Assembly: GCA_051294375.1 (NCBI GenBank)
Contig: CM119271.1
Location: 3,555,488-3,619,487 of the forward strand
Source: Paraspadella gotoi
Lineage: Eukaryota; Animalia; Chaetognatha
DNA: 64,000 nucleotides
Direction of reading: 5' to 3'
The position numbers were made by a program, and so were the translations under genes. The notes beneath the pieces were generated by a model, which was not told the DNA's origin, made no database searches, and worked only from the letters and a program-made list of their open reading frames with translations. Every line of letters starts with the position of its first letter. Positions within the stretch are counted from its first letter, which is position 1. This document shows positions 25,937 through 37,251 of this stretch, piece by piece.

Positions 25937-26690
25937 GTGAACCGGAACGAACTGAGGAGGTCACGGTACAGTGGGATTCGTGGTTAACGAACAAATGGAT
26001 TGAACGGATGTACGGGCGACGGAGGAGAGAAAGAAAGCAATATATATTTGATTAAATAATATAGATTAAATACTAAATCCTTCATAAAAATATAAAAATA
26101 GAAAATAGTGAAACAAGTAATTTGCAAGTTTTCATATTATTATTATTATATAAGTCATTTTGCTTATTTGATTATTCAATGTTTTAGTTTTAGTCCACCA
26201 CAGTATTTTCTTTTCTTTTCTTTTCCTTCCATTTTGACTTTTTATTTTCGTTTCTTACTTTTTGTTTTATTTTCTGCCTTTTCCTTTTTCTCTTTCTTTC
26301 CCTTTATTTTCTCTTTCATAATCATATCCATCGAATTCCCTCTCTTTTCCTTCTCTTCCTCTTCCCCTTTCTCTTTCCCCTTTCTCTTCCCCTTCCTCTT
26401 CCCCTTTCTCTTTCCCCTTTCGCCACCCTTCCGCTTCCGCCCGGCCGAGCATCGGCTGGTCGCCATCGCCTTTTCCGGGATTTGCGCTGGAGACGTCGGA
26501 CGACACCCAGCGCCGTCTGGAGCCAAAATAAAAAAAAGGGGGGTTGAAGATGGGAAAAAGAGGATTGAGGATAAAAACGACGGCGAAAGGACATATTTAT
26601 ATATAAATTATAGGAGTCGGTTTGCAAGGGTACAAGATAGTGGTTGTTAAAAAATTAATAAAGGAAAAAGGACAATTTTAAACGTTTAAT

Positions 26691-26745
<55 letters not shown>

Positions 26746-26877
26746 CTTTTTAAGTCCGGGCGAAAATTTAAATTAATACGAATTACATTTCATTTTCATT
26801 TTCGAGATCAAGGACCGGTCTTGGCTGTTTTCTTTTTTCCCTTCTCTTTTGTCCGGATGATTTAGTGCAAGACGGGA

Positions 26878-26933
<56 letters not shown>

Positions 26934-27103
26934 AACGCGTGTCTAATCAGGTTTTCCAGTATTTTTTAATGCTTCCGTTTTGCAAAATTCGATATTCTGT
27001 CTGTCTCAAGACTAAAAAGATTCTGTTGGTGAGGCTACTCTCGTCAGCCATTCCAACATCCCTTCATTCTCCCCTTTTTTCCACACCTCCATCCCATTTT
27101 CAG

Positions 27104-27265
27104 GATGCATCAAATGCGCAACAGCTCGTCCGGGATCGGCTACCACCCGGGAGTGGAGACCATGGACAATACCGTCTCTTTCCCGACCACGTGGGCCAAG
27201 TTTAGTCAGCAGAACATCGGCCGCTCGCAAGGGGAACGATCAGCCTCAGAGCGTTTGCGCGCCAA
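27104..27265 (+). CDS. Tektin-3/5-type exon
   Basis: MHQMRNSSSGIGYHPGVETMDNTVSFPTTWAKFSQQNIGRSQGERSASERLRAN; phase 2/2. Confidence 0.95.
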
Positions 27266-27602
27266 GTGAGTGGTGGGGGAAGGTAGTGAAAATTCTCCAC
27301 GAGTGAATTTTGAGAACGTAGTGAATTTTATAACTTACTGAGTTGTCCAAATAAATACGTAAATTGTATTACATAAAACTCATGACAAAATTTGTTTTTT
27401 CCTTAATTAATATTTTCATTAGTAATTCGATTTCATCTTCCGTAAATACTAAATAATAAATATATCCACCTTTTATAAGACGGTAGGAAAGGGAAGTGGG
27501 GGAATGAAATACCTACCTTGATACTTGCGCGATGAATTATGCAGCGATGGCGGAGATGGTAGCATGATGAAGTCCCCCGCGACTCTATATATTTCTCTCG
27601 AC

Positions 27603-27654
<52 letters not shown>

Positions 27655-27746
27655 GAAGGGAAAGGGATGCCAGTCTTGAGAGAGCTTGCTAAACGAAGGA
27701 GAGGGGAACGGAATTTCGCATCGATTGCATATTTATCCTTCCGCAG

Positions 27747-27876
27747 CATCAAGGGGACACTACAATCCTGCGCCAACGACATGTGGTCGCAATACAACAA
27801 TGTCAACGTCGCCTTCAACTCCAGAATCAGCGAAGTTACGGACGCCAAAAACAAACTGCAGCAGCACCGACAGTCG
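27747..27876 (+). CDS. Tektin-3/5-type exon
   Basis: IKGTLQSCANDMWSQYNNVNVAFNSRISEVTDAKNKLQQHRQS; phase 2/0. Confidence 0.95.
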
Positions 27877-28249
27877 GTGGGTTCGGTTTGCTTGATATTT
27901 CTTGAAATTGAATTGGTTACTTGGTTTACTGTTCAATAACGTAATAAGTCTTCGTTAAAACTGAATAAAAATTGATTAAAAAAAAAAATATTTAAATTTA
28001 CTCTCGCTTTCTCGTTGGTATAACTTTATTCCAATAAATTACACCTTACCATAAATTTGTGCCTCTTATCGCAAAGGCAGAATTTATTGGAGCGGAGGAA
28101 GACAAAAATGAGAAAGCGAGAGATAGAGAGAGAAAGAAAATAGAGAGATATGAACCGACGAGTCAAGTTATGAAACAATACAAAAACCGTAAGTATATAT
28201 ATAATACAATATATATAATAGATATATATTTCATTTTCGTTCCTTCCAG

Positions 28250-28352
28250 GTCATGGATAACATCTTCCAGCAAGAGCGCAACAACGATTTATTGCGCAAA
28301 GCAATTCAAGAAAAGGAAGCGCCGCTCAAGGTGGCGCACACGCGGCTCCAAG
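28250..28352 (+). CDS. Tektin-3/5-type exon
   Basis: VMDNIFQQERNNDLLRKAIQEKEAPLKVAHTRLQ; phase 0/1. Confidence 0.95.
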
Positions 28353-28603
28353 GTTAGATTAATTTTGTTGCGGATTTAAAATGTAAATTTGCTAATATTT
28401 CTGTGCATTTTGGTATAGATTTTATAAATATTTACTTTTTTTGGGGCAGATCGGAAAGGAATAAAATGGCAAATATTCAATTAAAATTTAGTAATTTTCT
28501 GAGTCTTACATAAATATTTAAAATCACTTATCAGTTATAATTTAAATGTATGTATAAATAATGATGCGTAAGTAATCCAGAACTTAATTTACCCCGTCCT
28601 CAG

Positions 28604-28723
28604 CTCGAATGATGCGTCCAAACGTAGAAGCCTGTGACGACAACCCCAACTACGGATTGAAGGAAGAGGTGTCTGAGCTTAAAGCTTCCATCGGTCACCT
28701 CAAGTCCCAGCTCCAAGTTTCAG
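28604..28723 (+). CDS. Tektin-3/5-type exon carrying the tektin nonapeptide; ends at a GC donor
   Basis: ARMMRPNVEACDDNPNYGLKEEVSELKASIGHLKSQLQVS; CAG|GCAAAT, phase 1/1. Confidence 0.9.
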
Positions 28724-28963
28724 GCAAATAAAGAAGGGTGAAGTCGATCCTTTGAGAAATATCCGTTTTTTTGATTTCACAATAATCACATTCGTATTTT
28801 GTCAGTTTACAAGCGTCGAAGCTTGTCAATCGTGAGACTTAAGTTTATCGTCTAACTTGATAAAACTAATGGATTAAAATCTAACTGCCACTAACTCATA
28901 ACAATTACTAATTCTGTCCCTTCAACTGTATTCCGCTTAAATTTAGCCTCTTTGCGTTTACAG

Positions 28964-29130
28964 AAAAAGCGTTGGCCCAGCTGAACAAGACGAAGGCCAC
29001 ATTAGACTTCGACATCGGCGTGAAATCCAACTCTCTCAACATCGACAACGGAAGCTGCATGGGCATCAGAAAGGGCTTTCCCTCAATGCAAAGGGTGGGC
29101 CCGGCCATGACTGACAAACGGGGATGGTGA
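28964..29130 (+). CDS. Tektin-3/5-type last exon
   Basis: EKALAQLNKTKATLDFDIGVKSNSLNIDNGSCMGIRKGFPSMQRVGPAMTDKRGW*; matches the tektin-3 end KATLEYDLAVKANSLYID...CMSMRKSYP. Confidence 0.95.
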
Positions 29131-30216
29131 AGAAAATGTTGTTCAAAATTTATTACTTTTTTGGTTTGAAGAATTTTGAAATATTAAGTACCACGCGTAT
29201 GAGCTACGATACTAACACGATTATCTTTGTTTTACGTTAATTACATTCGCCTTAATATTTCGCGAATCGGAAAACTAACACAAGATGAATCGAAGAATAT
29301 ATTTTAAACTTATTTTTAACCGGACGAAAATTACCGGAGCGACCTGGAAAGGCGCGGATCTGGAGAAAACTAATCCAAGGTTGTGATACGCATGCGCGGT
29401 CCGTCTAAAGAAACCCGACTGTGATCAAGGTATACACTTTTTAATGCCGATTTAACAATGAGAAATGAGAATACAATCGACGAAAAATAAAAGGCTCTAA
29501 TGGCTGATAATCTTTATCTAGATACAGTTAGAATCGCAAGATGACTCGGGCTAACTAATAAAATCTAAATCAAAAGATTAGGTGTCATCGGCTGAATGGA
29601 GTCAGCGTCAGTCTTTAATTTCAACCCAAAAAAAAGGCGAAAAAATAATACTCAATGGACACTTTAAATACTGAAACAAGCTGTAGTTAAAATAACAGAG
29701 CACTCGGAATAAACTATGGACTATATCTAGAACCAAGGAGATTTCTGAACAAGTGAATATTTAGTTACCAAAATAAATACTTTGTGGATTAATGAAAGCA
29801 AATAAATACTGAAATTAAAATACAAGAAAAGCTTTTAGCACAATTATCAAACAAAAACACACTATAAAATAGGGAATTTTAAATCTAGATTGTCGCTGCA
29901 AATGAGACTAGTCTGTAAATGGCAATAAAATAATTATTTGCAATTGTTTTTCTATGAAACAGTTAGATTTAAAGAAAAAGCGACCAAATTTAACTTTTAA
30001 TAAATTACTTACATTACATACATTGCAGGATCTATTAAACAAAAAATCTTCTGGATTATCGATCAGAAAATTTAAAATAAAATAAAATTCTTTCGGGTTA
30101 AATTTTTTTTTCAAAGAGCAACAAAAACGAAAAAAACTAAAATGTCAACAACTGAGTTTTGCTTTTAGGTATGTATATATATACCGAAAAACTAAAAAAA
30201 AACTAAAAAACTTGAA

Positions 30217-33200
30217 TTACAAAGTCACGCCACTCTCAGCAGCGTGCTTAGCAAGAGTATCTCTCACGACGTTTTTAAAAATATCGTTTTGCAAAACGTT
30301 CGCCGGGAAGTGTGTCGTAACATGGGCTTCGAGATCCGAGGCTGAGTGAGTTTCGACTTCGCAAAAGGGACATTTGATCGCCGCTATCTTAATCGGAGTT
30401 TCCGAAGATTTGTCCGCTTCGACATGCAGCCGAAGGTGTTGATTATAAAGATGAATCCGATCCACCGAGTAGTCGCATATCTCGCAGACGTGGCTCCCGC
30501 CGGCCTCGGGGCTGTGGAGAGTGACGTGGTGGTCCAGCGAGAGGCTCGTCGTCGTCTTGAACGGGCACCGAGGACAAAGGAACTGCTCCGCCTCGCTGGC
30601 GACGGGCGACGCCTCCGAGTAGGAAGAGGACGAGGCGGTTGACGGAGGCGGCGTCGTGTCGGGCCCTCCGACCACCGTCTCGGTTTCCTCCGTCGTCTCG
30701 CCCGCCTTTCTCGGAGTGCTGGGAGGCGAGAGGACGGACGACTCTGAAGAAGCGGCGGGAATCTTGTTGCTCGCCCGGCGGAGGCGTTTCGCTGGGCCGT
30801 CGTAATCGAAGCTTCCGTCGCCGGACGGAGAACGGCTTTGCTTTATCGGCGCCGGTTCGGAGTTTACGGCTCCATTTTCCGCTCTTGAATTAACAGTCGC
30901 GTCTCCATCATGTAAACGTAAATGCGATTCGTGCTGAGAATTTGAGATGGTGCTAAAGTTGCAGAGATTGCACTTGTATTTATGATCGGCCCCGTGGCAC
31001 AAAACGTGATCGTCGAGCTCGATTTTGCATTTGGTCGCGTAGGGGCAGATTTCGCAATAGAGTTCGTCGTCCACGCTTTTTGTCCCAGCGCCGGTGGAGT
31101 CGTCCGACCTCGGAAGATGAAGAGCCGCGTGAGCGTCCAATAGATTCAGCTTGGCCGTCGAGTAATTGCACGAATTACACTTGTACGTCAGCTGGACTTG
31201 ATGGCATTTTCGATGCTTCAAGAGATTCGATTTGTGGAGAGTGACGAAGGGACACTTGTTGCAACGGAACTTCTTTTTCAAACCGATGACGCCTTTAGAG
31301 TTTTTTATTTTGTTCAACGGAGCGTCCGATTGATTATCCGATTTCCCCGTCGCTTGTTCGTCAGATAAATTCTGGTCCATTGCTTCGGAAACATGGAGAT
31401 CGTCCGCCTTGACCAAATGGCGGTTTTGACGATCCAATAGCTTTTGTCGCAAGAGAGAATTAAACGGAAGCTTATTGCTCGCGTGACCGATTCCGTGCAA
31501 AGTTTGATGCTGTATAATCTGATCCATCGTGTCGTGAGAGAAGTCACAGAACTGGCAACTGTATTTACCAAGATAACCATGGAGCTCAATATGCTTTAAA
31601 ACTTGCTTCGAATCTTTGCTCGTATAAGGACATTTACTACATTTAGCGACGGCTTCGTTCAGAGCGAAATTATTCTCTATCGGTTTTAAGTCTCCATTTT
31701 CATTGTCATGGACTACTGCATTTCTGGACTGGTTCAAAGACAGATCATTGAATACTGGTTCATTCGAAAATTTTCCTTGATCAGGATGACAAGAAACCAT
31801 GTGTTGGTAAATGAGATTCATTCTTGGCTGCGAAAAATCGCAAAATTCACACACAAATTTTTTATTAGCGCCGTGAGCTTTACAGTGGCTATCGAACAAA
31901 TTTAAGCTCACCGTAAAAAATATGCATTTGGGACATTTGTAGACTGGCTGCTTTTTACCCAAAGCGGACCAAGTTCCTTCATCCATGGACCATTGCCCCT
32001 TTTGACCTTCCATTAACTTCATCCTCAGCAACGATTTTGCTTCCTTAAATCCTCCTTCAGTGAGATTCCCGTTCTCTGAAATAAATTCGGTTTTCTTTTG
32101 CTCCAAATCCGTCGAAAAAACATCCATTTCTATGCCTTCCAAAACGTGAGCTTCATCAACTCCTGCTACTATGTCCCTATGAGTTTCTGTCATGTGTTGA
32201 TACAAAACGTTCAAACGCAAATGCGAATAAGTGCAATATTTGCAATTGTACTTTAGTTCAAGTCCATGCTGTTGAACATGAGAAATGAAGGCTTGCTGAT
32301 TATCTGATTGAAAAATACACTTTGGACAATTGTAAATTTTGGATTCGATAGGAAGAGTCTCCCTAGAAATGGTTTTGCTTTGCCATGGATGAAACATACA
32401 GATATGATCTTGAAGATGCTGGAAGCTCGGCATAATACTCGAGCAAAATTCGCAGGAAAACTTGAAAATTTGTCCATTGGGCGAAAGAGGCAAATTTTTG
32501 TAAGACTGAATCGTTTCCAACGCTTTTTGATCATAATTCGGAATGGAAAAGTTCGCCTCGGGGAGAGATGCTCTCTTATGTGACTTGGAATTATTACTGG
32601 GATAAATTCTGAATTTAGCGACCAAACTTGAACTGTTGTCGCCATACGGCTTGATGGATGTCATTTTGATGCTTCCTTGCTCCGACACAGGAAGACCGCT
32701 TGCTACGATTTCAGGATCGGTTTTTGTCGAGCGATCCGAGTTCACCTTGTCGAAAAATACTTCATCGGCATTGTCCATGTGGCTCGGGCTGCTATGATTA
32801 GAAACGTCGTCGAAAGAATCCCAATTTTTGTTTTTGAAGAGTTCCATGACCGCTTCGACCTCGGACGAATCCAATCCTCCTTCCTTCATATGCCTCGTTA
32901 TAAACTCATCCTTGTCAAGTTTGGACAACGCTTCGTTGTGCACGTTCTTGGTGTGTTGAATGAGATGATAGAGTCTATCGACGCTAAAACAGCAGTATTG
33001 ACACTTGTACCGCCCGTCCGTTCCGTGATTGGCCTTGTGCTTTTGGAACGAGTTTCCGTTGGAGGAAGAGTACGAGCATTTGTTGCAATGAAAAGTTTTC
33101 TTCATCCTTTTGAGCGCAAAAGCCACTTCGTCGTTTGGATCGGCCTTTTTCTCCGGCAAATCTGCCTCATGCAATCTTTGATGGTCGTAAACCAGATCTT

Positions 33201-34443
33201 CATCTGGCGAATTAAAGGTACAGTAGATGCATTTGTAACATCCTTCCCGCGCCGCGTGATTCTGAATATGGCCGTAAAGTTCATTGCTTTCATTTGTGAC
33301 GAAGGGACATTGGCCGCAGTGAAATTGTTTCTGGTTCGACGTCGATTCCACCGTCGACAGAGGGGGTGCTGCGGTCGGCGCCAAAGTTGGGGATCGAGTT
33401 CTCTCAGCGTTGCAGTGCTTTTTGTGCAGAACGTAAGACGTCAAGTCTTGACTTTCGTGGCCACATTTTTTGCAGATTTGTCCCTTGACCTTTCCATCAA
33501 TTGTCTTCTTGGAATCAGACAGTTGCGATTTTTCCATCGATGAATAAAAAGATGATTCACTGCTGAACATTTTTTCGGCTTTAACATCTGAAGGGGCAGA
33601 GGAGGCAACGCCGGCGACCGCCGCCTGTTTCTCCGCGTCTTCCGGCAAAACTCCCGGCAATTTCTTTTGGCTACCCTGCCGCGTTTCTACGATCGAGCCA
33701 ATGTGGGAGTAGGTCTTCATGTGCTTCTTAACGTCGCACTTCCATTTAGATCTGTAGGAGCAAACCTCGCACTCGAAGGGTTTCTCCGCGGCATGGGCTT
33801 CGGCCGAGTGTTTCTTTAACTCCTGGGGACTATTGGCCACAAAGCTACATTCCATGCACATCTTGAAGACTTGATTCTGCTGATTGGAAAGAATGTCCTT
33901 TACAGTTCTCCACGTTTTTGTGTTGGGCAATGCCGGCTCCGTCGTCGACTCCTTCGGCGGATCAGGCTTCAAGAGGTTTTGGATCCTAAAAGACGACTGC
34001 GCACTATCGCCCTTTGCCGCGGAAGCCTCGATCGTGGTGGAAGCCGTGGACGAGGAGACGGCGGGAGCGGCCGAGTTGTTCTGATGGTGCAACTGGCTCC
34101 TCAACTGCGCAATGGCGTCGACGGGTCTCGGTTTGATGGCGGCGTCGAGGGTGGACTTTATTGCCGGGTGGTTGACGACGAAGCGGCGATAGGACTCTTC
34201 GTAGCCAATCTGCGGGTTGTCGTCTTCGATGAGTCGGAAGTGGGAGAACATGTGTTGATGCGTTTCGCCGTAACTGGGGGACAAGAAGTTGCACTGGGCG
34301 CAGCGGAAGATGGTCTCGCCGTCGACGGACTTGTCGACGGCGATCCTGGATCGGATTTGCTTCTCAGACGCCTCCAACATCGGGATGCCGTCGACATCGT
34401 TTTCCGCAAGTTCGTCGTGACGACGAGGAGCGATTGGAAGGTC
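30217..34443 (-). CDS. Large multi-C2H2 zinc-finger protein, last exon (1409 codons)
   Basis: Acceptor TTTAAAG| at 34444, phase 0, in frame with ORF 30217..34380. More than 20 C-x2-C-x12-H-x3/4-H motifs, mostly in tandem pairs (e.g. EKPFECEVCSYRSKWKCDVKKHMKTYSH). Confidence 0.95.
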   Translation of the reverse strand, partial: DLPIAPRRHDELAENDVDGIPMLEASEKQIRSRIAVDKSVDGETIFRCAQCNFLSPSYGETHQHMFSHFRLIEDDNPQIGYEESYRRFVVNHPAIKSTLDAAIKPRPVDAIAQLRSQLHHQNNSAAPAVSSSTASTTIEASAAKGDSAQSSFRIQNLLKPDPPKESTTEPALPNTKTWRTVKDILSNQQNQVFKMCMECSFVANSPQELKKHSAEAHAAEKPFECEVCSYRSKWKCDVKKHMKTYSHIGSIVETRQGSQKKLPGVLPEDAEKQAAVAGVASSAPSDVKAEKMFSSESSFYSSMEKSQLSDSKKTIDGKVKGQICKKCGHESQDLTSYVLHKKHCNAERTRSPTLAPTAAPPLSTVESTSNQKQFHCGQCPFVTNESNELYGHIQNHAAREGCYKCIYCTFNSPDEDLVYDHQRLHEADLPEKKADPNDEVAFALKRMKKTFHCNKCSYSSSNGNSFQKHKANHGTDGRYKCQYCCFSVDRLYHLIQHTKNVHNEALSKLDKDEFITRHMKEGGLDSSEVEAVMELFKNKNWDSFDDVSNHSSPSHMDNADEVFFDKVNSDRSTKTDPEIVASGLPVSEQGSIKMTSIKPYGDNSSSLVAKFRIYPSNNSKSHKRASLPEANFSIPNYDQKALETIQSYKNLPLSPNGQIFKFSCEFCSSIMPSFQHLQDHICMFHPWQSKTISRETLPIESKIYNCPKCIFQSDNQQAFISHVQQHGLELKYNCKYCTYSHLRLNVLYQHMTETHRDIVAGVDEAHVLEGIEMDVFSTDLEQKKTEFISENGNLTEGGFKEAKSLLRMKLMEGQKGQWSMDEGTWSALGKKQPVYKCPKCIFFTVSLNLFDSHCKAHGANKKFVCEFCDFSQPRMNLIYQHMVSCHPDQGKFSNEPVFNDLSLNQSRNAVVHDNENGDLKPIENNFALNEAVAKCSKCPYTSKDSKQVLKHIELHGYLGKYSCQFCDFSHDTMDQIIQHQTLHGIGHASNKLPFNSLLRQKLLDRQNRHLVKADDLHVSEAMDQNLSDEQATGKSDNQSDAPLNKIKNSKGVIGLKKKFRCNKCPFVTLHKSNLLKHRKCHQVQLTYKCNSCNYSTAKLNLLDAHAALHLPRSDDSTGAGTKSVDDELYCEICPYATKCKIELDDHVLCHGADHKYKCNLCNFSTISNSQHESHLRLHDGDATVNSRAENGAVNSEPAPIKQSRSPSGDGSFDYDGPAKRLRRASNKIPAASSESSVLSPPSTPRKAGETTEETETVVGGPDTTPPPSTASSSSYSEASPVASEAEQFLCPRCPFKTTTSLSLDHHVTLHSPEAGGSHVCEICDYSVDRIHLYNQHLRLHVEADKSSETPIKIAAIKCPFCEVETHSASDLEAHVTTHFPANVLQNDIFKNVVRDTLAKHAAESGVTL

Positions 34444-34934
34444 CTTTAAAATTAAAATTAAAAAAAAAAATTTTAAAACTTAACATGTTTCAAAAAAGGA
34501 TTCTTTTTTCTTTCAAGATACATGGGACCTTTATTTTTATCGTTGACTAACGTGAACAGAATTGAACTAGATAATTGTAAATTTGTTGTATTTTTTGTTT
34601 TGTTTTTCATACCAGAATTAAATTTTGCTTAAGAATTATACCAATATTTAAAAAAAAAAATATAACTGGTATGAAAAACGGAAAATAAAAAATACAACAA
34701 ATTTATAATATAAAAACTACCAGAATCATGCCTCTCAAAAATTGGATTAACTAGATAATTGTTGATCGTGAAACAAAAGAAAAATCTGTTAATATCTAAA
34801 TACAATTTTCGTAAAAACTTGATAATAAATTTGAAAATTTGCATTTTAAAACTTCGGTTTAATAATGACACTACCACTACCACCTTGTAAATCTAGTTTT
34901 TCTTCCCACAACAATCCAATCCTCATTTCCTAAC

Positions 34935-35930
34935 CTGAGACTGCTGCTGATGCTGCTGATAATGAGCGATAAGTTCCTCCTTTCTCCTAAATCTTTTGCT
35001 GCAGAGTTGACAAAAGAACATGACCGGCTCTTCTTTTTGTACGAGATGGCGCGCTAGTTCTGAATGCCACTCTGGGTAAGCGCCGCCAATTTTCTCCGCG
35101 GCGTCGGGGTTGTTGGCCAAAAAACTCTCTCGGTCCCGCTTCATAGCGAAAGGGTTGGGTAGTGGGGAGTGGTGTTGCCTGAAATGGGCGTCCATGGCGG
35201 CGACCGTCTCTTTGATGCCGCACACGATGCATCTCACCGGCCCGACGACGCCGTCGTACCGCGCCGTAAAGAGAGAGTTGACGTGAGTCTGCAGCTTGAG
35301 AAAGTGATGGTTGAGGGCATCCATGTTGTAAAAAGATTCAGTACAGGCGTAACATTTAACGCCGGCAAAGAGTTTGGCGGCATCGGCCTCACCGCCGGCG
35401 TTGTCTTCGATCTTCGGTAACAAAGCAGCGTCCTTGAGGTGCATTCTTTGGAGAGGCGGTGGGGGCGGCAGATGGCCGGTTTCTTCCAGCTTCATTCGAT
35501 GTCCGAAGGGGACCACAGCGTGGGTGCGTTCGTAGTGCAGCACCACGTCTGCGTAGCTCTTGAAGGTTAGGCTGCACTCGCTGCAGGCAATGGCGTCGTC
35601 GCCGCGGTAATTGCCGAAGTCTCCCTCAAGAACAGGTTTCGGACGCGACTGCGAACTTAACGGGGACGCCGTTGATCGGGGCGCCGCCGCTTCTTCCGGC
35701 TTTTTCAAGATAGAAACCATCTTTACGTCGGCCGCGGCGGCTTGGGCCGCTTGAGCCGCTGCGGCGGCTTGGGCTGCTGCGAGGCTCTTGGCTTTTGCAG
35801 CGCCGTTTCGCGGCGCCAATCGAGTCTTGGGTTGAGCTCCTACGCAGCGCCTTGGTCCGGCCATCTCGCCCACGGGGGGCGTTGGGGCTTCCCCCTCTTC
35901 GTCGCTAAGGTCGACGTCATCGTGCTTCTC
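34935..35930 (-). CDS. Multi-C2H2 zinc-finger protein, exon 3
   Basis: TTTTTAG|GAG AAG CAC...CAG|GTTAGG, 996 nt, phase 0/0. Fingers include CSECSLTFKSYADVVLHYERTH and CQLCSKRFRRKEELIAHYQQH. Confidence 0.92.
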
Positions 35931-36252
35931 CTAAAAAGCGTTCAAATTTGTTTTAACATTATATTGATCATAAATAATTTAATAGTTATAATAGAATATT
36001 ACTTTTTAATCCAGTTCACTTTTTTCTACACTCTCTCCTCGCTCTACTAATTGAAAATTTTTTTTTATAAAGCCACAATTGCAGGGATCGCTTCACTAAT
36101 CAATATTTAAAATTTATATCAAAATTTAAATTTAAAATAATAAAATCTTTGCATTCTAATTTTATATAATATATTATATAATTCAATTACTTTACATTGT
36201 AATATTTCCAATATACAAAGTTTGAAATTTTTTTAAAACGATTTCAACTAAC

Positions 36253-37070
36253 CTTCCAAATGCTTGTTGACACTCTTTCGCCACCGATACGAACAACTGC
36301 ATCGTGTGCACTGAAACTTGTACCCCTCGTCGTCATAATCTGACGATATTTCCTCGGATCAACGGCAGGATTGTAGACTCTGGACGGCGCATTTCCCCCG
36401 GCGCTCTTCGCGTTTGAATTCTTTTTCGGCGTCTCCGGCTTTTTCGCGGCGCCGGCGGAGGCGTCCTCGAGCGACTGGTTCGCAACGGGCGATTGCGGCG
36501 CCGACGCCGTTTTTCTTGGGGAAGTCGGCGATTGAAACGGAAGCAGCGCCCAAGGGGAAGCGGTGTCGGCGCCGGTTTTGGCCTGACCGGAACTGGGAGG
36601 CGATCTTATAGCGAAATCCGTCGATTGATAGGCGCGCCCCGCCGGCGATTGAGCCATGAATATCTGCGTCGGCGGCGGCGACATGGAACTCTCTCTTCCG
36701 TCGTCACCTGAGCCGCAAGGAGATGACGCGGCGTCGGGAGACGGAGTCGACGATCCTCCTTCACGTTTTTCATGCGCTCGAATGTGGCGCGGAAGCTTTT
36801 GACGATACCGCGTGGCGTAGTCGCACTTGTCACACTCAAAAATCTCCATGGCCTCGCCGTGGACGTCACGTTGGTGGCGCAGAAACGTTTTGGCATTGGA
36901 CGTGACCATGGGACAATGTTTGCAAGAGTAAGTCCGAGTCGGGATGAGTCTGGACGGAGAAGGCGCGCCTGTACTCGTTAGTTCGGTGGGGTCATCGCCG
37001 ACTAGGGCGAGATTAACTGGAACGTTGGCGACATCGTCGGCGGGAACCATGTTTGGAGGAAGATACCCGG
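36253..37070 (-). CDS. Multi-C2H2 zinc-finger protein, exon 2
   Basis: TAACAG|...AAG|GTTAGT, phase 1/0. Fingers CKHCPMVTSNAKTFLRHQRDVH and CDKCDYATRYRQKLPRHIRAH. A third finger is out of frame (see findings). Confidence 0.9.
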
Positions 37071-37251
37071 CTGTTAAATAAATTATAAAAACATCTCTTA
37101 GATGTACGTGCAATTTGCTTAATCTGATATCTTTATGACTAATTTCGTAAAACTTTTTCATATTTTAAACAAGACCAGAGGCTTAGACTTTAAATTGTTA
37201 AACTTTATAGATATTCTGAAACAATTTAGTAGAATAAGGTTAATTAATTAC

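Noticed and set aside
32677-33543. 288-aa plus-strand ORF
   Set aside because: Antisense shadow of the zinc-finger exon with no recognisable domain.
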